A stretch of DNA of 63,024 bases, from assembly GCA_016937715.1 (NCBI GenBank), contig JAFGWA010000050.1, positions 75,311 through 138,334 on the forward strand, in the 5' to 3' direction. Under the pieces are notes generated by a model, which saw nothing but the letters and a program-made list of their open reading frames with translations, was not told the DNA's origin and made no database searches. Below, one piece after another: positions 46,873 to 55,849 of the stretch (the stretch's first letter is position 1; each line of letters begins with the position of its first letter). The position numbers and the translations under genes are program-made. This DNA is from Candidatus Goldiibacteriota bacterium (GTDB lineage: Bacteria; Oederibacteriota; PGYV01).

Positions 46873-47862
46873 CTATTTAAAAGGTATTGTCACCAGAAAA
46901 TAAGATATAGCGGAGATTAAAGCGGCAGCAGGAATCGTGATAATCCACGCCCATATAATTCCGCCCGCAACGCCCCATTTTACGGCAGAAAGCCTTTTTA
47001 TGGAGCCTACTCCCATTATGGAGCCTGTGATAGTGTGCGTGGTGGAAACAGGTATACCCATGGCAGTTGCAATGTATAAACTTATGGCGCCCCCGGTTTC
47101 CGCGCAGAAGCCGTCTATTGGTTTTAACTTTGCCACTTTCTGACCCATTGTTTTTACAATTCTCCATCCGCCAAACATTGTGCCAAGCGCGATAGCAACA
47201 TAGCAAGACAGCGCCACCCACATTGGTATTTCAAAAACTTCTATCACACCGGCGCTGAATAGCAGCCCGGTAATAATACCCATTGTTTTCTGCGCGTCAT
47301 TTCCGCCGTGCCCCATACTGTAAAGCGCGGCTGATAAAAGCTGCCCTTTACGGAATAAATGGTCAACCTTAACAGGTGTGGAACTTCTTACCAGCTGATA
47401 TACAAGCTGCCCTATCAGCCTGCCAAGAATAAAACCGGCAAGAGGAGATATGACAATAAAAATGGCGGTCTTAAAAATACCGCTGTAAATCAGCGCCGAA
47501 GGGCCTACCTTAACCATAGCGGCGCCTATAAGCCCGCCTATTAAAGCGTGCGAAGAACTTGTGGGAAGCCCAAAATACCATGTGATAATATTCCATACGC
47601 AGGCTCCCATTAACGTCCCAAAAATTACCTGCTGGTTTATTATGTTTACGTCAATTATGCCTTTGCCCATGGTTTTTGCGACAAGGTGGCCAAAAAAGAA
47701 GAAAGCAATAAAATTAAAAGAAGCGGCCCAGATTACCGCGTATTTAGGGGATAAAACGCGCGTTGAAACAATGGTGGCTATTGAATTCGCGGAATCATGA
47801 AAACCGTTTAAAAAATCAAAAAGTAAAGCAAGCAGAATAAGCAGTATTATTGTCGTGGTCAT
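46873..47862 (-). CDS. Inorganic phosphate transporter, PiT/PHO4 family
   Basis: GFHDSANSIAT and GGNDAQKTMG PiT signature repeats. Confidence 0.9.
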   Translation of the reverse strand: MTTTIILLILLALLFDFLNGFHDSANSIATIVSTRVLSPKYAVIWAASFNFIAFFFFGHLVAKTMGKGIIDVNIINQQVIFGTLMGACVWNIITWYFGLPTSSSHALIGGLIGAAMVKVGPSALIYSGIFKTAIFIVISPLAGFILGRLIGQLVYQLVRSSTPVKVDHLFRKGQLLSAALYSMGHGGNDAQKTMGIITGLLFSAGVIEVFEIPMWVALSCYVAIALGTMFGGWRIVKTMGQKVAKLKPIDGFCAETGGAISLYIATAMGIPVSTTHTITGSIMGVGSIKRLSAVKWGVAGGIIWAWIITIPAAALISAISYFLVTIPFK

Positions 47863-47872
47863 ATTTTTGCTT

Positions 47873-48499
47873 CTATGCCTGTTTTACAAGTATAGACTCT
47901 ATGTTATGAGCCACATGCTTGCAGATATCCAGTGATGTTTCGGCTATCTGATAGATTTCTTTCCATTTAATAACCTGAATAGGGTCTTTTTCGTTTTCAA
48001 AAAGTTCCATAAGCGCCGAATCCCTTAACCTGTCGCCAAGCGATTCAAGGTTTCCCACTTCAACACAGGCTTTTAATATATTATTCATATTCTTCATATC
48101 CCTTAATCCCGCAACCGCACCTGAAATTACATTAACAGCCTGGGTTATAAGTTCCGCGAACTGAACCATATTTTTATCCGGACCTTTTAATTTATACAGC
48201 CTCATCCTTGCAACCACGGTATTCATAATGTCATTTACTTCGTCCATCTCTTTTGCAAGCTGATGTATGTCTTCACGGTCAAAAGGGGTGATAAAAGTCT
48301 TGTTAAGATGGTCCATAATCGCATAAGCCATTTTATCGCCGTTTCTTTCAATTTCTTTCATCTTTGTCTGTGATTCTTCGCTTACTTCAGGCTGTGCCAC
48401 TATTTCACGGAAACAGGCCGCGGCATCAACCAGATTAACCGCCTGCTTGTCAAAAAATTCAAAAAAGTTAAATTCTTTCGGGAAAAATCTGGATAGCAT
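47873..48499 (-). CDS. DUF47 / PhoU-like Pit accessory protein
   Basis: N-terminal FFPKEFNFFEFFDKQ..., E..GD motif helices; coupled to the PiT gene. Confidence 0.8.
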   Translation of the reverse strand: MLSRFFPKEFNFFEFFDKQAVNLVDAAACFREIVAQPEVSEESQTKMKEIERNGDKMAYAIMDHLNKTFITPFDREDIHQLAKEMDEVNDIMNTVVARMRLYKLKGPDKNMVQFAELITQAVNVISGAVAGLRDMKNMNNILKACVEVGNLESLGDRLRDSALMELFENEKDPIQVIKWKEIYQIAETSLDICKHVAHNIESILVKQA

Positions 48500-48784
48500 A
48501 AGTTACTCCTTTAATTTTAGTATAAGTTCTATTAAACGCGATAACTATAACATGTTTTATTCAAAATTTCAAATTGTTAATTTTTAATAAATTTTGTATA
48601 TCATGAGTGTTAATAATGTTAATTCTGTGGGTAACTTTCTGTGTAACGTGAAACCTGCGGAAATACCGTGTATTTTTATCCACAACGTTTAAACAAAACT
48701 TAAAGCGCATTATTGCCTTTATTTTAAAGGGTTTTATTGGTTTTGTGGGCATTTCACACATGGAATGCTGTAAAAAGCAGACAT

Positions 48785-49705
48785 TTATTGAATAGCGGAG
48801 ACTATGTAAATCCACATGGAAATTGTGAACAGGGACAGTGCTGTAGTGACCGTTATGGCGGCAGCGCTGAATTCGTGGTCGCTGCCGTATTTTTTAACAA
48901 GTATATAGCTTGAAAGGGCTGTCGGAAAGGAAAATGTTAAAACAGCCACGCCAAGCGTTTCTTTATCCGTAATTTTCAGCAGATATGTGAAGATAAAAAA
49001 GCTTAAAGCAGGGAACAATAAAAGTTTTATGAACGATGCCAGCCCAAGAAGCACCCTGTCCCTTTTAATAATGGATATGTTAAGCCCCGCCCCTACAGCC
49101 AAAAGCATTAAAGGCGAACCCATCATGGCAAGCATGCTGATGGTATTGGAGAAAACCACGGGTATTTTAATGCCAAAATAAGAAACTAAAAGAGCGCCGA
49201 TACAGGTTAAGATAAGCGGGTCTTTGACCAACACTTCAATCATCCCCTGTTTTTTTGAAGAGTTTTTATGAACAATATTAAGATACGTTATCGCAAGCCC
49301 TATTAAAACAGGCGCCACAAAACCGGTCACCACGCTTAAGCGCGCAAGCCCGTGCGTGCCGTACAGGCTGTAAGCTATGGGAAAACCGATATAGGCAATA
49401 TTGGACCTTAACGCCCCGTTTACAAACGCGCCTTTTTTTTCTTTTGGAAGTTTCATTGCTATAAGTACGCACAGAATAAACACAAGCACAGATACCGTAT
49501 AAAGCCCAAGTATAACCTTAATTTCAAAAATTTCCTTAAACGGGACTTTATAAATGGAATCAAATATCATTACCGGCAGTATCAGGTAATACGCAAGGTT
49601 ATTAAGAAAGGTTTCCGTGCAGGGTTCAAGCACTTTTTTCTGTTTTAACGCGAACCCGATTGCTATGATGATAAATATCGGTATTACACTGTTAACAATC
49701 AGCAT
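48785..49705 (-). CDS. AEC (auxin efflux carrier) family transporter
   Basis: 10-TM profile, N-terminal MLIVNSVIPIFIIIAIGF typical of the family. Confidence 0.7.
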   Translation of the reverse strand: MLIVNSVIPIFIIIAIGFALKQKKVLEPCTETFLNNLAYYLILPVMIFDSIYKVPFKEIFEIKVILGLYTVSVLVFILCVLIAMKLPKEKKGAFVNGALRSNIAYIGFPIAYSLYGTHGLARLSVVTGFVAPVLIGLAITYLNIVHKNSSKKQGMIEVLVKDPLILTCIGALLVSYFGIKIPVVFSNTISMLAMMGSPLMLLAVGAGLNISIIKRDRVLLGLASFIKLLLFPALSFFIFTYLLKITDKETLGVAVLTFSFPTALSSYILVKKYGSDHEFSAAAITVTTALSLFTISMWIYIVSAIQ

Positions 49706-49734
49706 TAATCCGCTCCCGAATCATTTTTATACCG

Positions 49735-50748
49735 CTAAAGCAGTTTTATTATATCCATGAAATTTTTTGACTTAAAATCCGGCTTCATTTTATCCACAAG
49801 GCTGTTATCGGCGTAGCCGTAAGTCAGAAAAAAAGTAAAACAGCCCGCCCGTTTTCCGGCTTCAATATCAAACTGGCTGTCGCCTATCATAAGGGTTTCA
49901 CTTTTATCAATTTTAAACTTTTTCATCAGAAGGTTAAGCGGGTAAGGATGGGGCTTTCTTTTACGTACGGATTCACTGCCCAGTATTATGTCAAAATAAC
50001 TGTCTATACACAGTTCTTCATTTATTCCTTTTATATAATGCGACAGTTTATTGGAAACTATGGCCAGTTTAACTCCCTTTGCTTTTAATTCTTTTAATGT
50101 CTCCCTTACACCTTTAAACATAATAAGGCCCTTCTTATAATTCAGATTATATAAATTCCTGTATTGTTTTATCATCTTATCCATTGAAACTTTTTTTAGA
50201 ACGTCAGGAAACAAATCCTCTATAAAATCATCAAGCCCTGTCCCTACCGCAGAGTGCACCTGCTCCATGGTGAATTTTTTCATCCCGTAATGTTCTGCCA
50301 TGGCATTGGCGGTGGCAAGTATCCCCGGCGCGCTTTCCACAAGCGTGCCGTCAAAATCAAATATCATAAGTTTAAAATTATACCCGCTGTTTATTGTGTC
50401 ATCGTGGGAGTAAGGCGGCGCGCACGCGCAGATTATTTTTAAAGCACCCCTGCCGGTGTTTTTTACTTTATGATAAGTGCCCGGCGGAATAAGCACGCTG
50501 TCGCCTTTTTCAACTTTAAACGTCTTATCGGCAATTGTCATGATTCCGCTGCCCGCGGTAAAGTAATATATTTCCTCTGTTTTTATGTGTTTATGGCCTA
50601 TTGTGGAAAGCCCGGGCTTTAGCGATGCTTCTGCCAGAGTGACATTTTTCACCGGCGCGTTGGTGGTATCTGTTATAACGCGGATTATGGAGCTGTCTTT
50701 GGTTACAAAAGGTTTAACTTTATTGATATTACTTTTATATATTTTCAT
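49735..50748 (-). CDS. Fusion: N-terminal cupin domain + C-terminal HAD phosphatase (phosphoglycolate-phosphatase-like)
   Basis: Cupin GHKHIKTEEIYYF...GDSVLIPPGTYHKVKN; HAD motif I IFDFDGTLVES, motif III K, motif IV GDSQFD. Confidence 0.75.
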   Translation of the reverse strand: MKIYKSNINKVKPFVTKDSSIIRVITDTTNAPVKNVTLAEASLKPGLSTIGHKHIKTEEIYYFTAGSGIMTIADKTFKVEKGDSVLIPPGTYHKVKNTGRGALKIICACAPPYSHDDTINSGYNFKLMIFDFDGTLVESAPGILATANAMAEHYGMKKFTMEQVHSAVGTGLDDFIEDLFPDVLKKVSMDKMIKQYRNLYNLNYKKGLIMFKGVRETLKELKAKGVKLAIVSNKLSHYIKGINEELCIDSYFDIILGSESVRKRKPHPYPLNLLMKKFKIDKSETLMIGDSQFDIEAGKRAGCFTFFLTYGYADNSLVDKMKPDFKSKNFMDIIKLL

Positions 50749-51545
50749 TTTATCTTAACCATTACGGGTTTCCTGTTTTTAAACACGGCAACTTCTTTTA
50801 CCCCTATTTCTTCAAAAATTTCATACGCGCGCTTTAATCCGTAAAAAGTGTCCTTAACATAGTGCGCGTCAGAACCCACTGTGATTATTTTTCCGCCAAG
50901 TTTCATGTATGCTTTTATCACATCCGCCCCCGGAAGCATGTCGCCGCCGTGATACCGGAAACCGGATGTATTAACCTCTATTCCTACGCCTTTGGATATA
51001 AGCGCTTTTAAAATGTCATCAATTTCCTTTTTAAACATCTCATAGTTATATTCGGGCAGATACTGCACGCCGCGCCTGTGCACAAGGTTTAAGTGGCCTA
51101 AAACATCAAACTTTCCGTAAGAGGCAAGTTTGTACACCTCTTCAAAATACGCTTTGTACGCGTCTTTAATATCAGAATACTGCTTAAAATACTCTTCATA
51201 CACAGGGGTAAATTCGCCCACATGATGCAGCGACCCCATTATAAAATCTATATCCTTATTTTCTATGTACTTTTCATATTCATCATGAAAAATGTGCGGC
51301 TCGCCGGCTTCAAAACCTTTCATAAGATTTGAAAATCCTCCGCGCGCGTCTTCTATTGCTTTGGTATAACCGGTGTAATTAAACTTTGTATGATTCTGTT
51401 TATGAAGCGGGTGAAAATCAAGGTGTTCTGTAATTGTAATATAGCCGACGTTTTCGGCTTTGGCTTTTTCAAGTACTTCATCTATGGTCTGGGAAGCGTC
51501 CCAGGAAAATGACGTGTGCAGGTGCGAATCTGTATAGTTGTACAT
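50745..51545 (-). CDS. PHP-family phosphoesterase, histidinol-phosphatase (HisJ)-like
   Basis: DSHLHTSFSWDA, ITEHLDF, GSLHHV, GSDAH. I prefer the ATG at 51545 (AAGGA RBS) over the track start at 51563, which has no RBS. Confidence 0.8.
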   Translation of the reverse strand: MYNYTDSHLHTSFSWDASQTIDEVLEKAKAENVGYITITEHLDFHPLHKQNHTKFNYTGYTKAIEDARGGFSNLMKGFEAGEPHIFHDEYEKYIENKDIDFIMGSLHHVGEFTPVYEEYFKQYSDIKDAYKAYFEEVYKLASYGKFDVLGHLNLVHRRGVQYLPEYNYEMFKKEIDDILKALISKGVGIEVNTSGFRYHGGDMLPGADVIKAYMKLGGKIITVGSDAHYVKDTFYGLKRAYEIFEEIGVKEVAVFKNRKPVMVKIK

Positions 51546-51570
51546 CTTTTTTCCTTTTATCATTTAATGT

Positions 51571-51603
51571 AAAAAATCCACGGGCACACACCCGTGGATT
51601 TTT
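51571..51603 (-). terminator. Hairpin with flanking A/T runs directly after rnpB
   Basis: AATCCACGGG-CACACA-CCCGTGGATT with T6 on the minus strand. Confidence 0.65.
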
Positions 51604-51609
51604 ATTTAA

Positions 51610-51988
51610 AACGGCAGTGTAAGCCGGATTCTGTGTCCCCGTTGCCGGGGTGCCAGCCATTAATCTTAGCGGTCTACCCGGAGCTTAAGAGATGAAGCAT
51701 CCCTGCCCCTTTGCTTGCGCAAAGAGATCTGCCCCCTATTTGACCTTGCTCCCGGTTGGGTTTTCCGTGCCGTGTTGCTTACGCTTCACGCGGTGGGCTC
51801 TTACCCCGCCTTTTCACCCTTACCCCGCAATTGCTTACGAGGCGGTCTGTTTTCTGTGGCACTGTCCTTTATGCCGCGCTTTCGCGTGCCATACCCCGCT
51901 GTTCTAGTGGGAACCGTGCTCCATGGAGTCCGGACTTTCCTCGGAAGAATCGTCTGAATATTCCTCCGTGGCCAGCTGCACTGCCGTT
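51610..51988 (-). ncRNA. rnpB: RNase P RNA, bacterial type A
   Basis: The minus strand contains GAGGAAAGUCCGGACUCCAUGG, GUAAGGGUGAAAAGGCGGGGUAAGAGCCCACCGCG, GGAGCAAGGUCAAAUAGGGG, CCGGGUAGACCGCU and ACAGAAUCCGGCUUA. P1 pairing is CGGCAGUG/CACUGCCG. Ends are approximate (+/- 10 nt). Confidence 0.93.
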
Positions 51989-52542
51989 AACTTACTCTCT
52001 TCAATCTGTGGTAATTCGGTAAAACCTTTCGGTTTTGCCAGAAGAACAAAGGGCATGGTTTTTATACGGAAATTGTACTCGCTTACCGTGTCCCTGTAAT
52101 GATTGCGCTTTATCTTATATTCGTGTATAAACTCTTTTGTAACAAGGCCCCATTCAAGGTAATAAAACCTTTCGCGCCTTAATTCCATTTTCTTGTTATA
52201 CTCCGCGATTATGGTGTTTATTGACTCTTCAAGCCTGTTTATATGCGCCGCTTTATCCTTTAAAGTATCGCCGCCAAGTATAATGCTTCTGGCGCCTACC
52301 GCTTCGTCAAAAGGTTTGGGGTCGTATTTCATTTTATCCTTATCCATCATTTCCCTGTACTTAATTGTCCTGTCCACAATCTTGCTTACGTAATATTCCA
52401 TTCTGCCCCAGTCCTCAATTGAATAACTTTTAAGGTTCGTAAGGGATTGGGTAAATACCCTGTCAAACATAACAAGGCTTATAAAACCGCCTATTGCCAT
52501 TCCTATTAATACTAAAATCAGGGTTGTAATTTTCTTAACCAC
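51904..52542 (-). CDS. Hypothetical membrane-anchored protein (212 aa) whose last ~28 codons run into rnpB
   Basis: GTG start behind GGAGG; N-terminal TM ITTLILVLIGMAIGGFISLVMF; no family recognised. Confidence 0.55.
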   Translation of the reverse strand: MVKKITTLILVLIGMAIGGFISLVMFDRVFTQSLTNLKSYSIEDWGRMEYYVSKIVDRTIKYREMMDKDKMKYDPKPFDEAVGARSIILGGDTLKDKAAHINRLEESINTIIAEYNKKMELRRERFYYLEWGLVTKEFIHEYKIKRNHYRDTVSEYNFRIKTMPFVLLAKPKGFTELPQIEESKLTAVQLATEEYSDDSSEESPDSMEHGSH

Positions 52543-52669
52543 GTCATACCTCCGGGTTATTGTTTTACCTGTCGAAAACCATTTTTAAACCTGTTCTTTA
52601 TTATATCAACTGAATAGCGGGTATGTCAATTCTGAATTGGGCGGGGGGAGGGGATATGTTTGTTTACTG

Positions 52670-53257
52670 CTAAATTATCTGTATCCCTTTCATGGCGTTT
52701 TTTACAACCGGAAGCTCTTTTTTCGCCTTAAACTCTTTTTGCGTCAAAATATAAGGCGACAAAGGGTTGCCGTAAAGCTTAAGGCAGTTTTTTTCAAGTT
52801 TTATTAACGCGGGTTCAATTTCTTTCACCGACGCTTCATCCGGCACCACTATAAACAGGTCAATGTCGCTGTCCGGCTTTTCCACACCTGAAGCAACAGA
52901 ACCATATAAAACAGCTATTATAATTTTACTGCTTTTTAACCCGTCTTTTATGGTCTTTTTCAGTTCTTTAAGCGGGTCTGCCGCCCCGGGCATTTTATTC
53001 ATTACAGACGATATAATGTCATACGCGTAACTGTCCGTGTTCAATTCCCACAAATTTACGTTTCCAGCCCTGACTACTTTAAGAAAATTAACACCGAACA
53101 GTTCGTTTATCGCCCTATTAACGCTCATGTGTGATGTTTTCAGCTGCCGGGCAATCTCCCTTTCGCTCATTTTAGGCGGATTTGAAAGAAAAAATTCCGC
53201 CACACGCGCTTTTATTCCTGTGGATATAACCTTTAAGACCGATTCATTGAATACCAT
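52670..53257 (-). CDS. Winged-HTH + minimal nucleotidyltransferase (MNT/KNTase-like) domain protein
   Basis: HTH SEREIARQLKTSHMSVNRAINEL; NTase motif LYGSVASGVEKPDSDIDLFIVV. Start at the ATG at 53257 behind AAGGAG. Confidence 0.75.
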   Translation of the reverse strand: MVFNESVLKVISTGIKARVAEFFLSNPPKMSEREIARQLKTSHMSVNRAINELFGVNFLKVVRAGNVNLWELNTDSYAYDIISSVMNKMPGAADPLKELKKTIKDGLKSSKIIIAVLYGSVASGVEKPDSDIDLFIVVPDEASVKEIEPALIKLEKNCLKLYGNPLSPYILTQKEFKAKKELPVVKNAMKGIQII

Positions 53258-53267
53258 ATAATCTCCT

Positions 53268-53309
53268 TTGTAACACTTTATGTTACAATTGTAACACATT
53301 ATGTTACAA
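53268..53309. promoter_or_regulatory. Two tandem perfect palindromes TTGTAACA-N5-TGTTACAA (candidate operator)
   Basis: 53268-53288 TTGTAACACTTTATGTTACAA and 53289-53309 TTGTAACACATTATGTTACAA, starting 11 nt upstream of the HTH-NTase start codon. Confidence 0.6.
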
Positions 53310-53328
53310 AGTCAAGAATGGTACATAT

Positions 53329-53362
53329 CTATCCCATAACCATTTATCCCATATCCCATAAA
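53329..53362 (+). repeat. ATCCCATA-type motif block (CTATCCCATAAC + TTATCCCATATCCCATAAA)
   Basis: Same two-part organisation as 3944-3978. Confidence 0.75.
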
Positions 53363-53406
53363 CCGGAAAAGAACGCCCTGAAGTCACGGCAAACCATAAA
53401 ACAACG

Positions 53407-53988
53407 TCATTTTGTCTTTTTAATCTTGTTCCCCACAGAAAACGCGTCGCCTATTTTATTACCCACACCGTAATAAGCCCTGCTGCCGAAGGAGCCGAAC
53501 ATTATGGGCTTCACTTTTTTTATATCAGGAAGGTTGTTTTTGCCAAGCACATTACCATCTGCCACTATCCCCACAATTTCACCGATAAACATGGTGTGTG
53601 AGCCCACATTAACGGTATTTACAAGTTTGCATTCAAGGCAATAAGGAAATTCTTTTATATAAGGCGCGTTTACAAGCGCGCTTTTTTCAGGGGTTAATTT
53701 TGCCTCTTCAAATTTATTAAATTCCCTGCCGGAAACCAGCCCGGCATAGTCTGCCTGTTTGACATATTTTTCAGAAGGGATATTTACGGTAAAAGCCTTA
53801 TTTTTCACGATATTGTCATGGGTAAGCCTTGGCGGCTGTACGCTTATGCTTACGCATGGAGGTTTGCTTGCCGCTATACCGCCCCACGCCGCGTTCATGA
53901 TGTTGGGAGCGTCATTCTCCCCGTAAGTGCCTATTATAAGGACAGGTGATGGAAACAGTATAGGCTGCGGCGCAAGAAACTTTTTCAT
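53407..53988 (-). CDS. Flavin reductase-like (FMN-binding split-barrel) protein
   Basis: PNIMNAAWGGIA motif typical of the flavin reductase domain; AAGGAG RBS. Confidence 0.7.
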   Translation of the reverse strand: MKKFLAPQPILFPSPVLIIGTYGENDAPNIMNAAWGGIAASKPPCVSISVQPPRLTHDNIVKNKAFTVNIPSEKYVKQADYAGLVSGREFNKFEEAKLTPEKSALVNAPYIKEFPYCLECKLVNTVNVGSHTMFIGEIVGIVADGNVLGKNNLPDIKKVKPIMFGSFGSRAYYGVGNKIGDAFSVGNKIKKTK

Positions 53989-54032
53989 AATAATCTCCTT
54001 TTGAAATCAGATATTCTAATAAACTATTTTAC

Positions 54033-54154
54033 GGGACGCGCCATAGCACGTCCCATACGAAAGCAAAAGTTTTTGTAGGGACAGCGCTCCTGCGCTGTCC
54101 GTTGGAAACCGAGGGCAATCTTCATTTTCAAACGGTGACAAAATGTAACCGTTT
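54033..54154. repeat. Three consecutive hairpins, two with a GGGAC core, plus a truncated G-box start (AAACCGAGGGCA)
   Basis: GGGACG..CGTCCC (54033-54054), GGACAGCGC-TCCT-GCGCTGTCC (54079-54100), AAACGGT..ACCGTTT (54130-54154). Confidence 0.6.
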
Positions 54155-54187
54155 GACTTTCTTCTATTACAACAACTTAATTTCACC

Positions 54188-54682
54188 TTACCCCTGAATC
54201 TTTATTTTTTCTTTAAGGATACTGTATACTTCTTCAAATTCTTTTTTAGATTTGAACATCCGGTTATTTATGGAATACTTCTTTCCGACAACCGGGGTCA
54301 ACTCTATAATAATCGTCCCCTGCACGTTTGTTTCTGTCATGTTGGTAATTTCGTGCCATTTAAACTCGCACATCTCTTTACGCAGCGGAAAAGATATCCC
54401 GTCATCATACACAGTAAGCACTCTTGGGACTTTTGAAGACATTTCCAGAAGCGGAATCACAATCCCCGCAATGGCAAACACAACCGAAAACCCTGTCAGC
54501 ACATAATAAAAAATATCCGCCTGGCTTTCGTTCAGTTTAATAAACCCGTTGATTATAAGCCCCCTGTCGTTGGTTGTTGCAAGGTGGTACAGCACAAAAG
54601 CCCCCGCCCCAAACATAAGGGTTATTAAAGACATCATCAAATACCCCGACCTGTAACGGTACTCTTTAATTATCTGCTTCAT
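54188..54682 (-). CDS. Hypothetical two-TM membrane protein with a small C-terminal soluble (PH-like?) domain
   Basis: AAGGAGGG RBS; two hydrophobic helices; 30 nt downstream of the Fic gene. Confidence 0.55.
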   Translation of the reverse strand: MKQIIKEYRYRSGYLMMSLITLMFGAGAFVLYHLATTNDRGLIINGFIKLNESQADIFYYVLTGFSVVFAIAGIVIPLLEMSSKVPRVLTVYDDGISFPLRKEMCEFKWHEITNMTETNVQGTIIIELTPVVGKKYSINNRMFKSKKEFEEVYSILKEKIKIQG

Positions 54683-54712
54683 AACACCCTCCTTTGTTTT
54701 AAAAGTAAATCT

Positions 54713-55795
54713 TTACCTATAATCCTTGCCCAGTTTATATGCTCTTTTTTTATTAGACTCGCCAACCGCTTCTAAAAAACCTTTTGAAACCCAGTCTTTA
54801 GCCAGATAAGCCGCCATTCGGGGCTTGATTTTCAAAACTTTAGCAATGTCATTACTTGTTATCATGTCCGAAGATTCAAAAAGAGGGTATATTTCTTTCG
54901 CCCTTCTGTCCAGTTTTTTATAACTGTCCATACTTTTTTTATTTATGCCGGGAGAATAAGTTTCTGCCGTTTCTTTCAGTTCAATAAAAACTTCAAGCAG
55001 TAATTTAACAAAATATTCAACCCATTTTGTTAAATCCGCAGTTTCCCGTCCTTCATAATAGTTTGGATGCCTGGCTGTTGATAATTCTTTATAATATGAC
55101 TCTATATCTTTTGCGTGATATTCTTCCATTGAAAACATCCCGTTTAATCCAAAATTTCCTTTCATAAGTACAAAAGTTGCCAGCAGCCTTGCTGTTCTGC
55201 CGTTTCCGTCATAATACGGATGTATTGTTACAAACTGATAATGCACAAGCGCGGCTATTACCGGCGCGGGAACTTTCGAAAGTTCCGCCCATTTCACCCA
55301 ATTAACAAGTTCTTTCATCAGATTAGGTACATCTTTTGCTTCCGGAGGAAGATATACAATATAACCGGTACCTGCTTCTTTTATTACATTTTGTTCTGCT
55401 CTGTACGGCGTGGGTTTTGATTTTTTTCCTTTTTCAACCAGGGCATGAACGCTTTTTATCAGTTCTTCCGTAAAAACTGCCTGATTTTCTGCCAGTCTTT
55501 CAATTTCAATAAGGGCATTCCAGTAATTTTCAACTTCTTTAACATCCCGTTCTCTTCCATAGAGATTTTTTCTGTTTTCCTCTATAACATCCTTTGTCTG
55601 TTTTAAAGACAGCCTGTTTCCTTCAATTCTTGTCGAATAATGAGTGGACCGCAGCCGCGCCTCATGTTTTAATTTCGCTTCAATTTTTGGCGCAAGAATA
55701 ATCTTAGATATGGCATCCCTAAAAGACGCCAGTTTCATCAGCGAATTTACAATCACATTGGATAATTTATAATTTGGTTCCCACTTACTGTTCAT
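54713..55795 (-). CDS. Fic-family protein (AMPylase-type) with N-terminal inhibitory-helix motif and C-terminal winged HTH
   Basis: Fic motif HPYYDGNGRTARLL; inhibitory motif STRIEG ([ST]xxxE[GN]). Confidence 0.85.
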   Translation of the reverse strand: MNSKWEPNYKLSNVIVNSLMKLASFRDAISKIILAPKIEAKLKHEARLRSTHYSTRIEGNRLSLKQTKDVIEENRKNLYGRERDVKEVENYWNALIEIERLAENQAVFTEELIKSVHALVEKGKKSKPTPYRAEQNVIKEAGTGYIVYLPPEAKDVPNLMKELVNWVKWAELSKVPAPVIAALVHYQFVTIHPYYDGNGRTARLLATFVLMKGNFGLNGMFSMEEYHAKDIESYYKELSTARHPNYYEGRETADLTKWVEYFVKLLLEVFIELKETAETYSPGINKKSMDSYKKLDRRAKEIYPLFESSDMITSNDIAKVLKIKPRMAAYLAKDWVSKGFLEAVGESNKKRAYKLGKDYR

Positions 55796-55849
55796 TATTC
55801 ACCGCCCTTTAATAAATTGTAAAACAGGCCATGTTTAATGTCAATGGTT

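Noticed and set aside
48561-48815. An 84-aa minus-strand ORF in the 285-bp AT-rich gap upstream of the DUF47/PiT operon.
   Set aside because: It overlaps the 3' end of the AEC transporter gene, has no RBS and has odd composition. The region is more likely the promoter/operator of the pit operon. I saw GTTAAT repeats there, but at 9-bp rather than 11-bp spacing, so I did not call a Pho box.
51692-52022. Three overlapping plus-strand ORFs (71-88 aa).
   Set aside because: They are antisense to a confidently identified RNase P RNA. GC-rich structured RNA genes commonly produce such open frames.
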